A DNA stretch of 58,172 nt from an uncultured bacterium (GTDB lineage Bacteria; UBP14; UBA6098; B30-G16). The stretch is taken from contig CBEVQY010000015.1 of assembly GCA_965552135.1 (NCBI GenBank), forward strand, positions 1-58,172, given 5' to 3'. A program made the translations under genes and the position numbers. Within the stretch, counting starts at the first letter, position 1; the number at the start of each line of letters is the position of its first letter. The notes beneath the pieces are model-generated. The model was not told where the DNA came from. It did no database searches and saw nothing but the letters and a program-made list of their open reading frames with translations. This document shows, in pieces, positions 36,071 to 46,296 of this stretch.

Positions 36071-37423
36071 CTATCCTGCGAGTCTTCGTGCTGCCACGTT
36101 TATGGGATCCCACACCGTTCCCACGGGTGGGGAGTATGGTATGTCGAGGTATGCAAGGTCGTCGGCGGTCATTCTGTTGGCGACCGCTGCGGCGATGAGG
36201 TCGAACCGCTTTATGCTCTGCCAGGGTCCCACAAATTGCCCCCCAAGGATTCTGCCCGTCTCGGCGTCGGCGTAGAGGTGGACGAAGACGGGCTTGCTTG
36301 CCGGATAGTAGTGTGAGCACGAGGACGCCTTCACCGTGGTCTCCACGAGCCTCCAGCCGAGCCGCTTCGCCTCATCCTTCGGAACGCCGACCACGCAAAC
36401 AGCCAGATCGAAGAACTTCGCCACCGACGCCCTAACGATCCCTTTAAACTGGGTTACCTTTCCCGCCAGCGCATATCCTGTGGCTCTGCCCTGCCTGTTC
36501 GCGACGGTGCCCAACGGAACCCAAATCCATCTCCCCGTAACGATGTCTCTTACCTGGGCGCAGTCTCCGACGGCGTAGATGTTGGGCGCGGAGGTTTGCC
36601 CCTGCAGGTCGACGTACACCGCGTTTGCCGCACCCAGCTCGAGCCCGATTCGCTCCGCAAGCGTCACATTGGGATGTACGCCGACGGCGATGAGAACGAG
36701 ATCAGCTTCGTAAACATCGCCGCTTTCTGTGTGGACGGCGCGGGCTCGACCGCCGGAGGTCTCGACCGCGGCAACGCTCTGCCCAAGCACAAACTCAACG
36801 CCGTGCCTCTCCCCCTCCGACACAATTGCGTCCCTGAGGGCGTTTTCGCACAGGCGCATAACGGTTGGGAGCATCTCGATCACGGTAACCGACATCCCGC
36901 GGGCGGAGAGAGCCTCTGCCATCTCGATGCCCACGTAGCCAGCTCCAACGACCACAGCGCGTCTCGGAGAGTTCGCCTCGATGTACTTAAGCATCTTCTC
37001 AGCATCCGGCAGTGACCTCAGCGTGAACACGCCCTCGGCGTCGACTCCGGGGAGGTTTGGCACAACGGGCTTTGCGCCGGTGGCGATGACGAGCTTGCCG
37101 TACTCGATCTCGAAGGTTCGGTCGTTCTGGATGTCGCGCACGAGTGCCCTTCGCCCGTTCCGGTCGACCTCCTCAACGCGATGGAAGACCAAAGCCTCCA
37201 CAGCCTTCTTCTCCAGCGCCGACTTCGGCGTGAGGACCAAAAGCTCATCCAGCGACTTGGTTTCGCCTGAGATGAGGTAGGGGATCCCGCACGCCGCGAA
37301 GGATATGTACGGTCCGGCTTCGACGACGACGACTCTCCAGTCGCGCCGTGCTCTTTTGGCGGCGGCGGCAACGCTCATGCCGCCTGCCCCACCGCCGACA
37401 ACCAAAACGTCCGCCCTGTTCAT
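36071..37423 (-). CDS. FAD-dependent CoA-disulfide reductase/NADH oxidase family protein
   Basis: GGGAGG, SFAACGIPY single redox Cys, ATGA, GAGYVGIE, YAVGDC, YSPP. Confidence 0.88.
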   Translation of the reverse strand: MNRADVLVVGGGAGGMSVAAAAKRARRDWRVVVVEAGPYISFAACGIPYLISGETKSLDELLVLTPKSALEKKAVEALVFHRVEEVDRNGRRALVRDIQNDRTFEIEYGKLVIATGAKPVVPNLPGVDAEGVFTLRSLPDAEKMLKYIEANSPRRAVVVGAGYVGIEMAEALSARGMSVTVIEMLPTVMRLCENALRDAIVSEGERHGVEFVLGQSVAAVETSGGRARAVHTESGDVYEADLVLIAVGVHPNVTLAERIGLELGAANAVYVDLQGQTSAPNIYAVGDCAQVRDIVTGRWIWVPLGTVANRQGRATGYALAGKVTQFKGIVRASVAKFFDLAVCVVGVPKDEAKRLGWRLVETTVKASSCSHYYPASKPVFVHLYADAETGRILGGQFVGPWQSIKRFDLIAAAVANRMTADDLAYLDIPYSPPVGTVWDPINVAARRLAG

Positions 37424-38526
37424 CTCTCACCTTCCAGAATGTATTCGTAAAGTTCGTCGAGCTTTTTGGCGAAAGCCTGCGGCGAAAACCGCCGGACGAT
37501 GCTCTCCCTGCCCAATCTCCCCAATTTAGCCGCGATCTCGGGATTTTCCAGCAGATAAATTATCTTTTGCGCGATGGCTTTCGGCGCCGGTTCGACGATG
37601 AATCCGCCGCCTTCGGCGAGTATCTCGATCGGTCCGCCGAGGGATGACGTGACCACAGGCGCAGCGCACGCCATCGCCTCTGCGATGACGCGCCCGAAAC
37701 CCTCGTGCAGGGCGGTGTGGACGAAGACCGAGCAGGCGCGGTAGAGCTCGGCGAGGTCGTCGACGCGACCGAGGAAGTCGACCCTCCGGCCAAGCCCGAG
37801 CTTTACAGCAAGTTCCTTCACCTTCGGAAGCTGTGGTCCGTCGCCGGCGAGAAGCATCCTCGCCCCGGGGAACCTCTGCGCGACGATGGAAAACGCCCGC
37901 AGGGCAAGCGCCTGGCGCTTTTGGCGGTCGAACCTGCCCACCGAAAGCACAAGCCCGCTCCGCCGCGCCGAAGGATCGGGCGTGAGGCTTTGCGTGTCTA
38001 TCATCTCGTGGACGATGAAGACCCTGCGCAGGTCACAGACGCCGTGGTAGCTCAAAAAGTCCTTTCTGAGCGGCTCCGACGCGAACGCGACGGCATCTGC
38101 CGCAGAAAGCCCCCTGCGGATGAAGTGCGACGCCACGGGCTTCGCCCTGAACCTGTCTCGCCCGCACACGAAGACGACGAAAGGCTTCCCCAACGATTTC
38201 ACCGCACGTCCTATGTGTGCGTTGAGGATGTCGGAGTAGGACACGACGACGTGCGGGTCGAAGCGCGACGTCGCCTCGGCGACCGCCTCCGCAACCCGGC
38301 GCCTGTGGAGGGGCAAAAAGACGACCTTGCGGAGCGGGAGAAGCCTTTCCTGCATCACGTCGGCGCCCGGGACAGTGGGGATCTTAGCATTACCGAACGG
38401 CGTGAAGAGTACGGAAACGCTCGCCCCACGCGAAAGCACATAGCGAACGTGGTTCAACATCGAGACAAACGCACCCCCATCGACTATCGAGCTTACGAAC
38501 AAAACCCTTTTCCCCTCAAGCGTCAT
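37420..38526 (-). CDS. GT4 glycosyltransferase
   Basis: VGRFDRQK, AGDG, EGFGRVIAEAMAC. Start at MTLEG assumed (overlaps upstream gene end). Confidence 0.88.
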   Translation of the reverse strand: MTLEGKRVLFVSSIVDGGAFVSMLNHVRYVLSRGASVSVLFTPFGNAKIPTVPGADVMQERLLPLRKVVFLPLHRRRVAEAVAEATSRFDPHVVVSYSDILNAHIGRAVKSLGKPFVVFVCGRDRFRAKPVASHFIRRGLSAADAVAFASEPLRKDFLSYHGVCDLRRVFIVHEMIDTQSLTPDPSARRSGLVLSVGRFDRQKRQALALRAFSIVAQRFPGARMLLAGDGPQLPKVKELAVKLGLGRRVDFLGRVDDLAELYRACSVFVHTALHEGFGRVIAEAMACAAPVVTSSLGGPIEILAEGGGFIVEPAPKAIAQKIIYLLENPEIAAKLGRLGRESIVRRFSPQAFAKKLDELYEYILEGER

Positions 38527-39775
38527 CGCAGAAAAGTCTGTATATGGAGTCGAGTTTTCTTCCGACGGCCTCGGCGCTGAAGTTCCGACAGGCATAGCCC
38601 CTTATCCGCTCCGGCGAGTAGTCTGCGTGATGGTGCAGCATGCGGGATATAGCCTCCGCAAGCCCTTTGGGGTCCTTTGGCTCGACGAGGATTCCGCAGA
38701 AAGGTTTCAGTACGTCCGGCACACCGCCGACCCTCGTTGCGACGGCTGGCAGTCCGCTTGCGAAAGCCTCCAGGAGCACGCAGGGGAGGTTCTCGAAGAG
38801 GCTCGGCAGAACGAAGAAATCCGCCCGCCGCATGCGCCGAGCGACCTCCTCCTTCGGCGCAAAGCCTGCGAAGGTGACCCTTTCGCCAAGCCCAAGCCTG
38901 TGGGCAAGATCTTGGTGCTCCTCCCTCTTTGCGCCGTCGCCCACGATGGTCAGGTGGTAAGGGACGGTGTCGTCGAGCAAGGCAAGAGCTTTAAGCAGGA
39001 CGTCCACGCCCTTTACCTCGACCTGGCTTGCCACAAGCAGGATCTCCTTGGCACCGTTTTTTCTCCTCCCGCGCGGCGCCGGGCGAAAGAGCTTTGGGTC
39101 GATGGCGTTGGGGACGATGAAGAAGCGGTTCCTCACGCCAAGCTCCTCGAGCGTTCGCCTCATGTGGTCGCACACCGGCAGGACGGCATTGGCGCGGTTC
39201 ATGGCGAAGCGCAGCTCAGCCCGCTGAAGGGGACCGAACTGACTCATCTCGAGCGCCGACCAGTGCTCCGTGATCAAAAACGGAACCCGAAGGAGCCTTG
39301 CGAGCATCCACGCGACGATGCCGGCTTTGTAGACGTGGGCGTGGATCACGTCGGGTCGCCATCCCTCCCCAGCCAGCCTGCGGAGAACAACGACGGCGCC
39401 GAGGAAGTGAAAGAGCTTTTCCATAAACGAGCGCGGCAGCGCAAGCAAACGCTTCAGGAGGAACTTTATGCCCTCCCGCCTTCCCAAAGACGCCGGTCCG
39501 CTGTCCACACCGGTCAGTGATGCATAAAGCTTTGCGCCAAAGCCAGCGCACCTTATCTCGAAAATCCTAACCCCGTCGCGCCAATACTCGAAGATCCTGA
39601 AAAGGTAGCGCGGATGAGGGAAGAGCGAGATCACGACGACGTCGTCGTAGGGAACGAGGCTTTTGGCGTGCTCGTGGACGAAGGTGCCGCGCATGGGGTT
39701 TTTCTCGTTAGGAAACCACGCCGGAAGGAAGAGAACCCTGAGGCGCCTTCTTTCCTTCGAAGCTCGGTCGGTCAT
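38516..39775 (-). CDS. GT4 glycosyltransferase (TuaC-like)
   Basis: WFP...GTFVHEHA, PDVIHAH, ITEHW, VPNAID, ENLPCVLLEAFASG. Confidence 0.88.
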   Translation of the reverse strand: MTDRASKERRRLRVLFLPAWFPNEKNPMRGTFVHEHAKSLVPYDDVVVISLFPHPRYLFRIFEYWRDGVRIFEIRCAGFGAKLYASLTGVDSGPASLGRREGIKFLLKRLLALPRSFMEKLFHFLGAVVVLRRLAGEGWRPDVIHAHVYKAGIVAWMLARLLRVPFLITEHWSALEMSQFGPLQRAELRFAMNRANAVLPVCDHMRRTLEELGVRNRFFIVPNAIDPKLFRPAPRGRRKNGAKEILLVASQVEVKGVDVLLKALALLDDTVPYHLTIVGDGAKREEHQDLAHRLGLGERVTFAGFAPKEEVARRMRRADFFVLPSLFENLPCVLLEAFASGLPAVATRVGGVPDVLKPFCGILVEPKDPKGLAEAISRMLHHHADYSPERIRGYACRNFSAEAVGRKLDSIYRLFCDDA

Positions 39776-41078
39776 ACCTGTACAAAACTGAATACATTAT
39801 CCCCAAGCCGATCCACTCGTAGTTCGCGTCGGCAAACGGGCTGTTGATGAGAGAAATAATTATTCGATAAGCCCACATAAGCAACCCCAATTCGAGCAAA
39901 ATGATCCGGGGGCGCCGCGTCCTGAAGTTTTCGACGTAAATCTTCGCCGCCTTCACGGGCAGAAGGAACACCGTCACGATGTAGAGAACAAGCCCCACAG
40001 CGCCAAGCTCGGTGTAGGCGACGGCGAAGTTGTTGTGCGCATGCTCGATGTACTTGAGCATCTGCGGCAAAAAGACCGAAAAGCCACCCATCCCAACGCC
40101 GCGGATGGGGGGAACATCGCCGAGGTGCCTCAGACAGGAGCGCCAGATTATCCCCCTTATCACGAAGGAGAGCTCCGGAAGCCTCTTTATGTAGCTTATC
40201 CTCAGGAACATAAAGCTTCCCGGCAGGAACACGATCACGCTCGCGATCACGCACGCGACGGCAACCACCTTAAGCGCGGCATTCGTCCTCGAGAAGAAGA
40301 CGAGGTAAAACACGGCAAGCGCCATAGCCACCAGAAATGGCGCCCTCGTCGCCGAAAGCGTGAGGAAGTAGACGTTTCCCACAAGCATCGGCAGGATTAA
40401 GAGCTTTTGCCACGGCTTCGACTTGTCGAGCATCCAGATGAGGAAGAGGAGCATAAATCCCATGGCGCGGGCGTATGCGAGGACGTCGTTCGCCGGTGCG
40501 AACCTCTCGAAGACGGAGCGCTTCGCCTCGGGCAGGGCGAAGAACGAAAGCACGATGAAAAGCGCCCCCAGCGCCAAAAGCGAGTTCAGAAAGCGCGAGA
40601 CCGTTTTTTCGTCTGTCTTTCGAAAAGCTACTGCGACGAGCGCAGCCGGGACAACGCATGCGCCGACCCAACTTGCCCACTGCGCGCGCCCAAGCACCTG
40701 ATCAGGCGTCCAGAAAAGGCTTGCAGCAGACCACAGAACAAAAAGCAGAACCGAAACCGAAAGCCAATCGACCCTTATGGGCGAAAGCATTCCGCGCAGC
40801 CAAAAACCGCATAGCGCCAGGACCGCAACGATCCCCATAAGCGCGAGGACGACGTAGCCGCTCTCTATTCTAAGCAGCGCGCGGTAGAAAGCCGAGCCGT
40901 ATATGAACGACGCCACCGCCGCTTCGGGGAGGACCAGGATCCCCACGACGGCGCACACGGCGGCGACAGCCGCCAACGGAGCAGCCCAATGGGCAGCCGA
41001 AAGCGAAACCAAAAAGGCCGAGACAAGGTAGTGAAGTCGCTTCGACAGCCTCAGGTGCGCAAAAAGCCTATGGAGCAT
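39708..41078 (-). CDS. O-antigen ligase/Wzy_C family membrane protein
   Basis: About 12 TM segments; LSATRA; R..IW....PIRGVGMGGF..HAHNNF...ELGAVG. Confidence 0.85.
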   Translation of the reverse strand: MLHRLFAHLRLSKRLHYLVSAFLVSLSAAHWAAPLAAVAAVCAVVGILVLPEAAVASFIYGSAFYRALLRIESGYVVLALMGIVAVLALCGFWLRGMLSPIRVDWLSVSVLLFVLWSAASLFWTPDQVLGRAQWASWVGACVVPAALVAVAFRKTDEKTVSRFLNSLLALGALFIVLSFFALPEAKRSVFERFAPANDVLAYARAMGFMLLFLIWMLDKSKPWQKLLILPMLVGNVYFLTLSATRAPFLVAMALAVFYLVFFSRTNAALKVVAVACVIASVIVFLPGSFMFLRISYIKRLPELSFVIRGIIWRSCLRHLGDVPPIRGVGMGGFSVFLPQMLKYIEHAHNNFAVAYTELGAVGLVLYIVTVFLLPVKAAKIYVENFRTRRPRIILLELGLLMWAYRIIISLINSPFADANYEWIGLGIMYSVLYRYDRPSFEGKKAPQGSLPSGVVS

Positions 41079-42273
41079 AAACGACCTTCCAGGCTTTTTT
41101 GCCCGCGCGGATGATGTAGACGCCGGGCTTGATCCCCCGCGGGCGCCAAAGGATCACGTCGTCTCGCGGCGAAACCTCGTCGACCAAACGACCGGAGATA
41201 TCAAAAACACAAAGCTTCTCTCTGCTGTGGGGCAGCCGAACCTGCCGTGAGAATGGGTTAGGGAAAGGAGCAACGTCGACCCTACCGGCTGGCGCTTCCC
41301 CAAAGACCTCAGAGGGAGGCGCGAGAACGAAGCTGTAAATCGTATCGTAGTCCACAGTCACGACGCCATCGTCGACTGTGTCGGGTCGGATGACGTAGCC
41401 CACAAGCGTCCCGCTCTGGTAGAGCTGCACAAGCAGGAAATGAAAAAAACTTCCGCCGTATGGCGCGCCGTATATCCACGGGGTGAGCATGGCGCCGGCA
41501 CCACCGGTGATCAAATACGTCACGTCGCCGTAAAGGTCGTTGTGTGGAGTCCAGCGGTCGTAGCAGTGAATGTGTCCGCAGAAGCAAACGTAGACGTTGT
41601 AGTCCCTGAGAAGGTCAGTGAAGCGCTCCGTCAGGCTTTCATCATACCCCGGCGAGTAAAAGGGTCCACCGACGACGCCCACCGTTATGTGACCCGAGAG
41701 ATATGGCGGAGCGTGAACAAACACGAACTTGTATCCGTCCCACTCGGCGAGGCGCTCCTCGAGCCAGTCGAGCTGCTCATCCGTGAACTTGTAGTAGACG
41801 TTTTCGGTTCCCGAAACGACCGTGGATGCGGGGTAGCAATCGGTGAGCGCGATGAACCTGGCGACGCCAAGGTCGAAGAAAAAATCCGGCGGACCAAACC
41901 ACTCGTGGAACCTCTCCCAGCCCAGGGAGTCGTTGATTTCGTGGTTTCCCATCACCGTAAGCCACGGCGCGTCGATGGAGTCGATGGATTCAATATACCT
42001 CTGGTATCCAGCTGAATCGCCGCCGGCGGCATGGTCACCGGTCGTTATGACGAAATCGATGCTGTCGGAGAGATGGTCTATCTGCGAAAGTATTGCGCGG
42101 AAGATGGGGCAAACGCTGTAGTTATCCCCGAGGACGCAAAAGCTTATGGGGTATTCGCCGTCCCAGCGCGCCAAAATGCGCTCGATAACGTAGGAGTTTG
42201 GGTGATTTTGCGCGCAAACAATCCCGCCCACAAGAACAGCAGAAGCAAAGATAATAAAGGACCCCCACCTCAT
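41068..42273 (-). CDS. Secreted calcineurin-like metallophosphoesterase with T9SS type A CTD
   Basis: Signal peptide; LGD, TGD, GNHE, HAPP, GHIH, TGGAG; C-terminal FPNPF...FDISGRLV...PGVYII...KVVY. Confidence 0.85.
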   Translation of the reverse strand: MRWGSFIIFASAVLVGGIVCAQNHPNSYVIERILARWDGEYPISFCVLGDNYSVCPIFRAILSQIDHLSDSIDFVITTGDHAAGGDSAGYQRYIESIDSIDAPWLTVMGNHEINDSLGWERFHEWFGPPDFFFDLGVARFIALTDCYPASTVVSGTENVYYKFTDEQLDWLEERLAEWDGYKFVFVHAPPYLSGHITVGVVGGPFYSPGYDESLTERFTDLLRDYNVYVCFCGHIHCYDRWTPHNDLYGDVTYLITGGAGAMLTPWIYGAPYGGSFFHFLLVQLYQSGTLVGYVIRPDTVDDGVVTVDYDTIYSFVLAPPSEVFGEAPAGRVDVAPFPNPFSRQVRLPHSREKLCVFDISGRLVDEVSPRDDVILWRPRGIKPGVYIIRAGKKAWKVVYAP

Positions 42274-44489
42274 TTCGGTCTCCTTACGAAAACCCTCTTC
42301 TGCGTCGCCTGCTTAGCCTCGAGTATGAACTGCTTATACCTTTCGAACTCGTAGGATGGGATGATCCTCTCCTTCAGGCGAAAGCGCAAATGAGCCTCCA
42401 ACGCTCCTTTTCTCTTGTTGAACTCCAGCAGGAAGTCGGCGTACGGTTCGCACGAAAGCTCGACGTCGTCGGGCAGGGCAACTACCTTTGCGCCCTTGGG
42501 AAGCTTGATCCGCACGAAGTACTCGGTCTGCTTGGGACAGAAATATTCGATGTCGAAGCGGCGCTTCTCGAGATACACCTCCCTAAACCCCAGCATCGCC
42601 CTCTCGATGCCCGGCAAGGTTATGATCCACAGGTCGCCCGCCGTCGTGGGGAACGAGTCGACAGACATCGAAGCCCACTCGACAAGCTGGCTGTCGAGGT
42701 CGGAGAGCCCAAGCAGGGCAAACGAGTCAAGGGATGCTCTTGGGAAGTGTGAGTTCATCCAGTTGGCAAAGATCTGCTCGTATCGCTCGGGTTGCTGCCA
42801 CTCCCACCACGCCCTGTAGCTTGCTTCCCTCATCCCCATGGGGATCGACCTGAAGGTTGCCTTCGCCGAGCCGTCGGCGCCGAGGTCGACGTCGATCTCA
42901 AAGCGCTCGAGGTTGTCCTCGGGGGCGTTTGTGCTCGTCATGCCGACCTCGCGTGCCAAAGCATCGACGAACGAAACGCCCTGGTCGTCGCAGCGGAAGT
43001 AGGGGAATTTGCTCGCCCTGTCGGTGGGATCGAGGAACAGCGTGCGACCGTCGGGCATAAAGACCCTGGTTATCGCGTGGTTGCCGTCGAGGGAAGGGAT
43101 GCAGCGATCAACCGTCTCGTCTGTGTTGGTCATTATTATGATCGGATGCGCCTCCACGCCTATTACGCCAAGCATCGTGCACAAAAGGATGGACTTGTCG
43201 GTGCAGTCGCCGTAGCCGTTCTCGAAGGTCTCGCCCGCAGGATGTCCCGTCTGACCAGACGAAATGCTGCCCTTTATCGAAATATATTGTATCTCCCTCT
43301 GCACCCAGCGATAGATTCGGTCTATCTTCTTCTCAAGACCCTCAACATCTCCCACAAGCTCGTCCACCTTAGCCTCGATCTGCGGCGTTGGCTTCATCCT
43401 TGCCCGCTGGAGCTTCCCCAGCCAGTCGAAGATGTAGTCCCATCCGGGCAGGATGGAGCACTCGAGGTGTGGCACGACGTCGCCGTAGTCAGGCATTCTG
43501 TCCTCCGGCGTTAGCGGCGGGAGGTTCTTCATGTGCCATATCCAGACGCGAGCGGTGTCCTCGTCGATGATCTGCGGCTCGGCAGCCTTTATGGCGCCAA
43601 GCGAGCTTTCGAACCAGCGCCCAAGGCTCGTATCGGCGTAGACGATGTGATCGGGCAAAAACCCCTCAAGCTCCTTCTTGCCCTCCACAAAACAGAACTG
43701 GCTCATCTCGGACGTCCCCAAGTAGATGAGCGAGCCGAAGGCACCGGGCGGGTTCTTCAGTATGTAGTAAAGCTCCTTCGGCTTGGGCAGTCTGATCTCC
43801 ACACGGGAGGAGTAAACCGGCTCCTCGCTCTGAAAGTACCACGACGGGAAGTAAAGCGCGGTGTCATAGGGGTTGTACGTCTCGGTTTCGTATAGATACT
43901 CGACTATCGCCCCCTCCTGCACGCCGGGGATGGAGAGCGTGTAAAGTTTTCCGTAACCGAAGGAGACGTTATCCTCCGCCAGCGGGGCTATGGTTGCCTT
44001 GGACGTGTCGGCGTAGATGACCTTTCCGTCGGGCAGGATGGTTCTCGCGAAAAGGACGCGCGCCGTGCTCCTGCCCTCGTTTATGAAGAGCGTTTGTGTG
44101 CCCCACCCAAGCGTCGAGGACTTAAGTATCTTGCCTGCGAAGTGATATCGATAAAGCCTCGTTCCGTCGGACCGTAGGATGAACTGACCGTGGTCGAACA
44201 TAATAAGTCCCGCGGCGTCGGGGTATTTCTCCTCCATTGAGTCGGCTATTGCGATGAGGGTTTGTGTGTCGAACTGTTCGGGCGGCGCCGCCTGCTCCTC
44301 TTTGACCGCCTTGAAGGAAAAAACGACCTCCCTGACCCGCTCGCGGGGAACCTTCTCACCGTCTATAACAAAGTTTTCTCCCCTAAGAAGGACTTTTTCG
44401 GCTTTTCTCTCGCCGCCGCCGTAGAACTTGACCGTCGACCCCGCCGCAAGACAGAAAAGAACAAAAAACAAGGCACAAAAACGCTTCAT
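42270..44489 (-). CDS. DUF3857 plus transglutaminase-like domain protein (exported)
   Basis: Signal peptide; YPDA, PGVQEGAIVEY, FQSEEP; YGDCTDKS...NHAI...LDPT catalytic triad region. Confidence 0.85.
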   Translation of the reverse strand: MKRFCALFFVLFCLAAGSTVKFYGGGERKAEKVLLRGENFVIDGEKVPRERVREVVFSFKAVKEEQAAPPEQFDTQTLIAIADSMEEKYPDAAGLIMFDHGQFILRSDGTRLYRYHFAGKILKSSTLGWGTQTLFINEGRSTARVLFARTILPDGKVIYADTSKATIAPLAEDNVSFGYGKLYTLSIPGVQEGAIVEYLYETETYNPYDTALYFPSWYFQSEEPVYSSRVEIRLPKPKELYYILKNPPGAFGSLIYLGTSEMSQFCFVEGKKELEGFLPDHIVYADTSLGRWFESSLGAIKAAEPQIIDEDTARVWIWHMKNLPPLTPEDRMPDYGDVVPHLECSILPGWDYIFDWLGKLQRARMKPTPQIEAKVDELVGDVEGLEKKIDRIYRWVQREIQYISIKGSISSGQTGHPAGETFENGYGDCTDKSILLCTMLGVIGVEAHPIIIMTNTDETVDRCIPSLDGNHAITRVFMPDGRTLFLDPTDRASKFPYFRCDDQGVSFVDALAREVGMTSTNAPEDNLERFEIDVDLGADGSAKATFRSIPMGMREASYRAWWEWQQPERYEQIFANWMNSHFPRASLDSFALLGLSDLDSQLVEWASMSVDSFPTTAGDLWIITLPGIERAMLGFREVYLEKRRFDIEYFCPKQTEYFVRIKLPKGAKVVALPDDVELSCEPYADFLLEFNKRKGALEAHLRFRLKERIIPSYEFERYKQFILEAKQATQKRVFVRRPK

Positions 44490-44665
44490 CTTGCCCTCTC
44501 CCCGACCGATTTGCTAATAACATCGCCGCCAAAGAGCGGAATGTCAAGGGGGAAACGCCCGCCGGCTCTGGCACCTCCCCCGGAACAAAAATTCGCTTGA
44601 GCGGCGACGGAAAGGTTTTATCTTTTGAAAACGCTGCGCGAAAGGCAAAACGCAAGGAGGTGACG

Positions 44666-46222
44666 ATGCTTCCGCCCTTCTCACCGCAAAGCTACGTCGA
44701 TTTTTCCGTTGCCGAGAACCGCAAGAAGATGGAGGAGGCTATTGCCAGGGTTCGGTCGCAGTTCGGCAGGGAATACGACCTCCTCATCGGCGGCAAGGCT
44801 TTGAAGTCGCAGGAGAAGTTTCAGTCGATAAACCCATCCGACCCGAGCGAGGTTGTTGGCGTTTTCCAGAAGGCGAGTCCTGATCAGGCTCGGCAGGCGG
44901 TGGACGAGGCAGCGAAGGTCTTCGAGGATTGGCGCTGGATGCCCGTTGAGGAGCGCTCGACGATCCTTTTGCGCGCCGCCGAACTCGCCAGAAGAAGGAT
45001 GTTCGAGCTCGCCGCCTGGATGGTGCTCGAGGTGGGCAAGAACTGGCTCGAGGCGATAGCCGACGTCGCCGAGGCGATAGACTTTATGGAGTTCTATGCC
45101 CGCGAGATGATCCGCTACAACCGCCGCGACGACCTCACGCCGCTTGCGGGCGAGTTCAACACCATAAAGTACATCCCCCTCGGCGTCGCCGTCGTCATAC
45201 CGCCGTGGAACTTCCCAATGGCGATCCTGACGGGGATGACAACCGCCGCCCTTGTGAGCGGAAACACCGTCGTGCTGAAGCCCTCGTCCGACTCACCCGC
45301 AATAGCCTGGCAGGTCGTGCAGCTCCTCTACGAGGCGGGGCTGCCCGAAGGCGTCCTCAACTTCGTCACAGGAAGCGGAGCCATCGCCGGCGTGCACCTC
45401 GTCGAGCATCCCAAAACGAGGATCATAGCCTTCACGGGCTCGATGCAGGTTGGTCTTGAGATCGTTGAGCGCGCGGCGAAGACGGTGCCCGGGCAGGTGT
45501 GGATCAAACGCGTCATCGCCGAGATGGGCGGCAAGGACTTCGTCATGGTCGACGAAACCGCCGACCTCGAGGCTGCCGCAAACGGAATAATAACCTCGGC
45601 TTTCGGATACCAGGGGCAGAAGTGCTCCGCGGGAAGCCGGGCGATAATCTTCGACTCGATCTACGATAAGCTCGTCGACATGATCGTGGAGCGCGCGAAG
45701 GGCATAAAGATAGGTCCTGTGGAGAAGTACGAGAACTGGCTTGGTCCTGTGATAAACGAGCGCGCCGAGCAAAGCATACTAAGCTACATCGAGATAGGTA
45801 AGGGCGAGGGCAAACTCCTTTGCGGCGGCAACAAGGTCGCCGACCTTCCGGGATACTTCATCGAGCCCACGATCTTCGGCGACGTGCCGCCCGGAGCGCG
45901 CATCGAGCAGGAGGAGATCTTCGGTCCTGTGCTTTCGGTCATACGCGTAAAGGACATTGACGAGGGCATCAAGGTCGCCAACGATACGATTTACGGTCTG
46001 ACGGGCTCTTACTACTCCCGCGACAGGAAGCGAATCCACCGAGCCAAAAAGGAGCTTTTCGTAGGCAACCTCTACATCAACCGAAAGTCCACAGGTGCCA
46101 TAGTCGACGTGCACCCGTTCGGCGGGTTCAACATGTCCGGAACCGACTCAAAGGCGGGCGGAAGGGACTACCTGCTCCTCTTCACGCAGGCGAAGTCGAT
46201 AAGCGAAAAGCTCGACTACTGA
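44666..46222 (+). CDS. pruA: 1-pyrroline-5-carboxylate (L-glutamate gamma-semialdehyde) dehydrogenase
   Basis: AAGGAGGT RBS; EAIDFMEFY, PPWNFP, FTGS, AEMGGKD, GQKCSAGSR, EEIFGPV, NLYINR..TGA, SGTDSKAGG. Confidence 0.93.
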   Translation: MLPPFSPQSYVDFSVAENRKKMEEAIARVRSQFGREYDLLIGGKALKSQEKFQSINPSDPSEVVGVFQKASPDQARQAVDEAAKVFEDWRWMPVEERSTILLRAAELARRRMFELAAWMVLEVGKNWLEAIADVAEAIDFMEFYAREMIRYNRRDDLTPLAGEFNTIKYIPLGVAVVIPPWNFPMAILTGMTTAALVSGNTVVLKPSSDSPAIAWQVVQLLYEAGLPEGVLNFVTGSGAIAGVHLVEHPKTRIIAFTGSMQVGLEIVERAAKTVPGQVWIKRVIAEMGGKDFVMVDETADLEAAANGIITSAFGYQGQKCSAGSRAIIFDSIYDKLVDMIVERAKGIKIGPVEKYENWLGPVINERAEQSILSYIEIGKGEGKLLCGGNKVADLPGYFIEPTIFGDVPPGARIEQEEIFGPVLSVIRVKDIDEGIKVANDTIYGLTGSYYSRDRKRIHRAKKELFVGNLYINRKSTGAIVDVHPFGGFNMSGTDSKAGGRDYLLLFTQAKSISEKLDY

Positions 46223-46233
46223 ACCGAAAGCCT

Positions 46234-46261
46234 TTGCACCCGCCAAAGGCGGGGCTATATT
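46234..46261 (+). promoter_or_regulatory. Putative gap promoter containing a GC hairpin in the spacer
   Basis: TTGCAC-N16-TATATT; CCCGCC-AAA-GGCGGG across the spacer. Confidence 0.45.
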
Positions 46262-46296
46262 AGGGGTTGCGCAACAAAAAAATGGGAGGTTCGACG

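Noticed and set aside
39708..39775. 68-bp overlap between the O-antigen ligase and GT4, with an alternate frame ending at the ATGA, suggesting a frameshift
   Set aside because: The ligase frame keeps a normal final TM segment up to the overlap. A short tail extension or a later GT start explains it.
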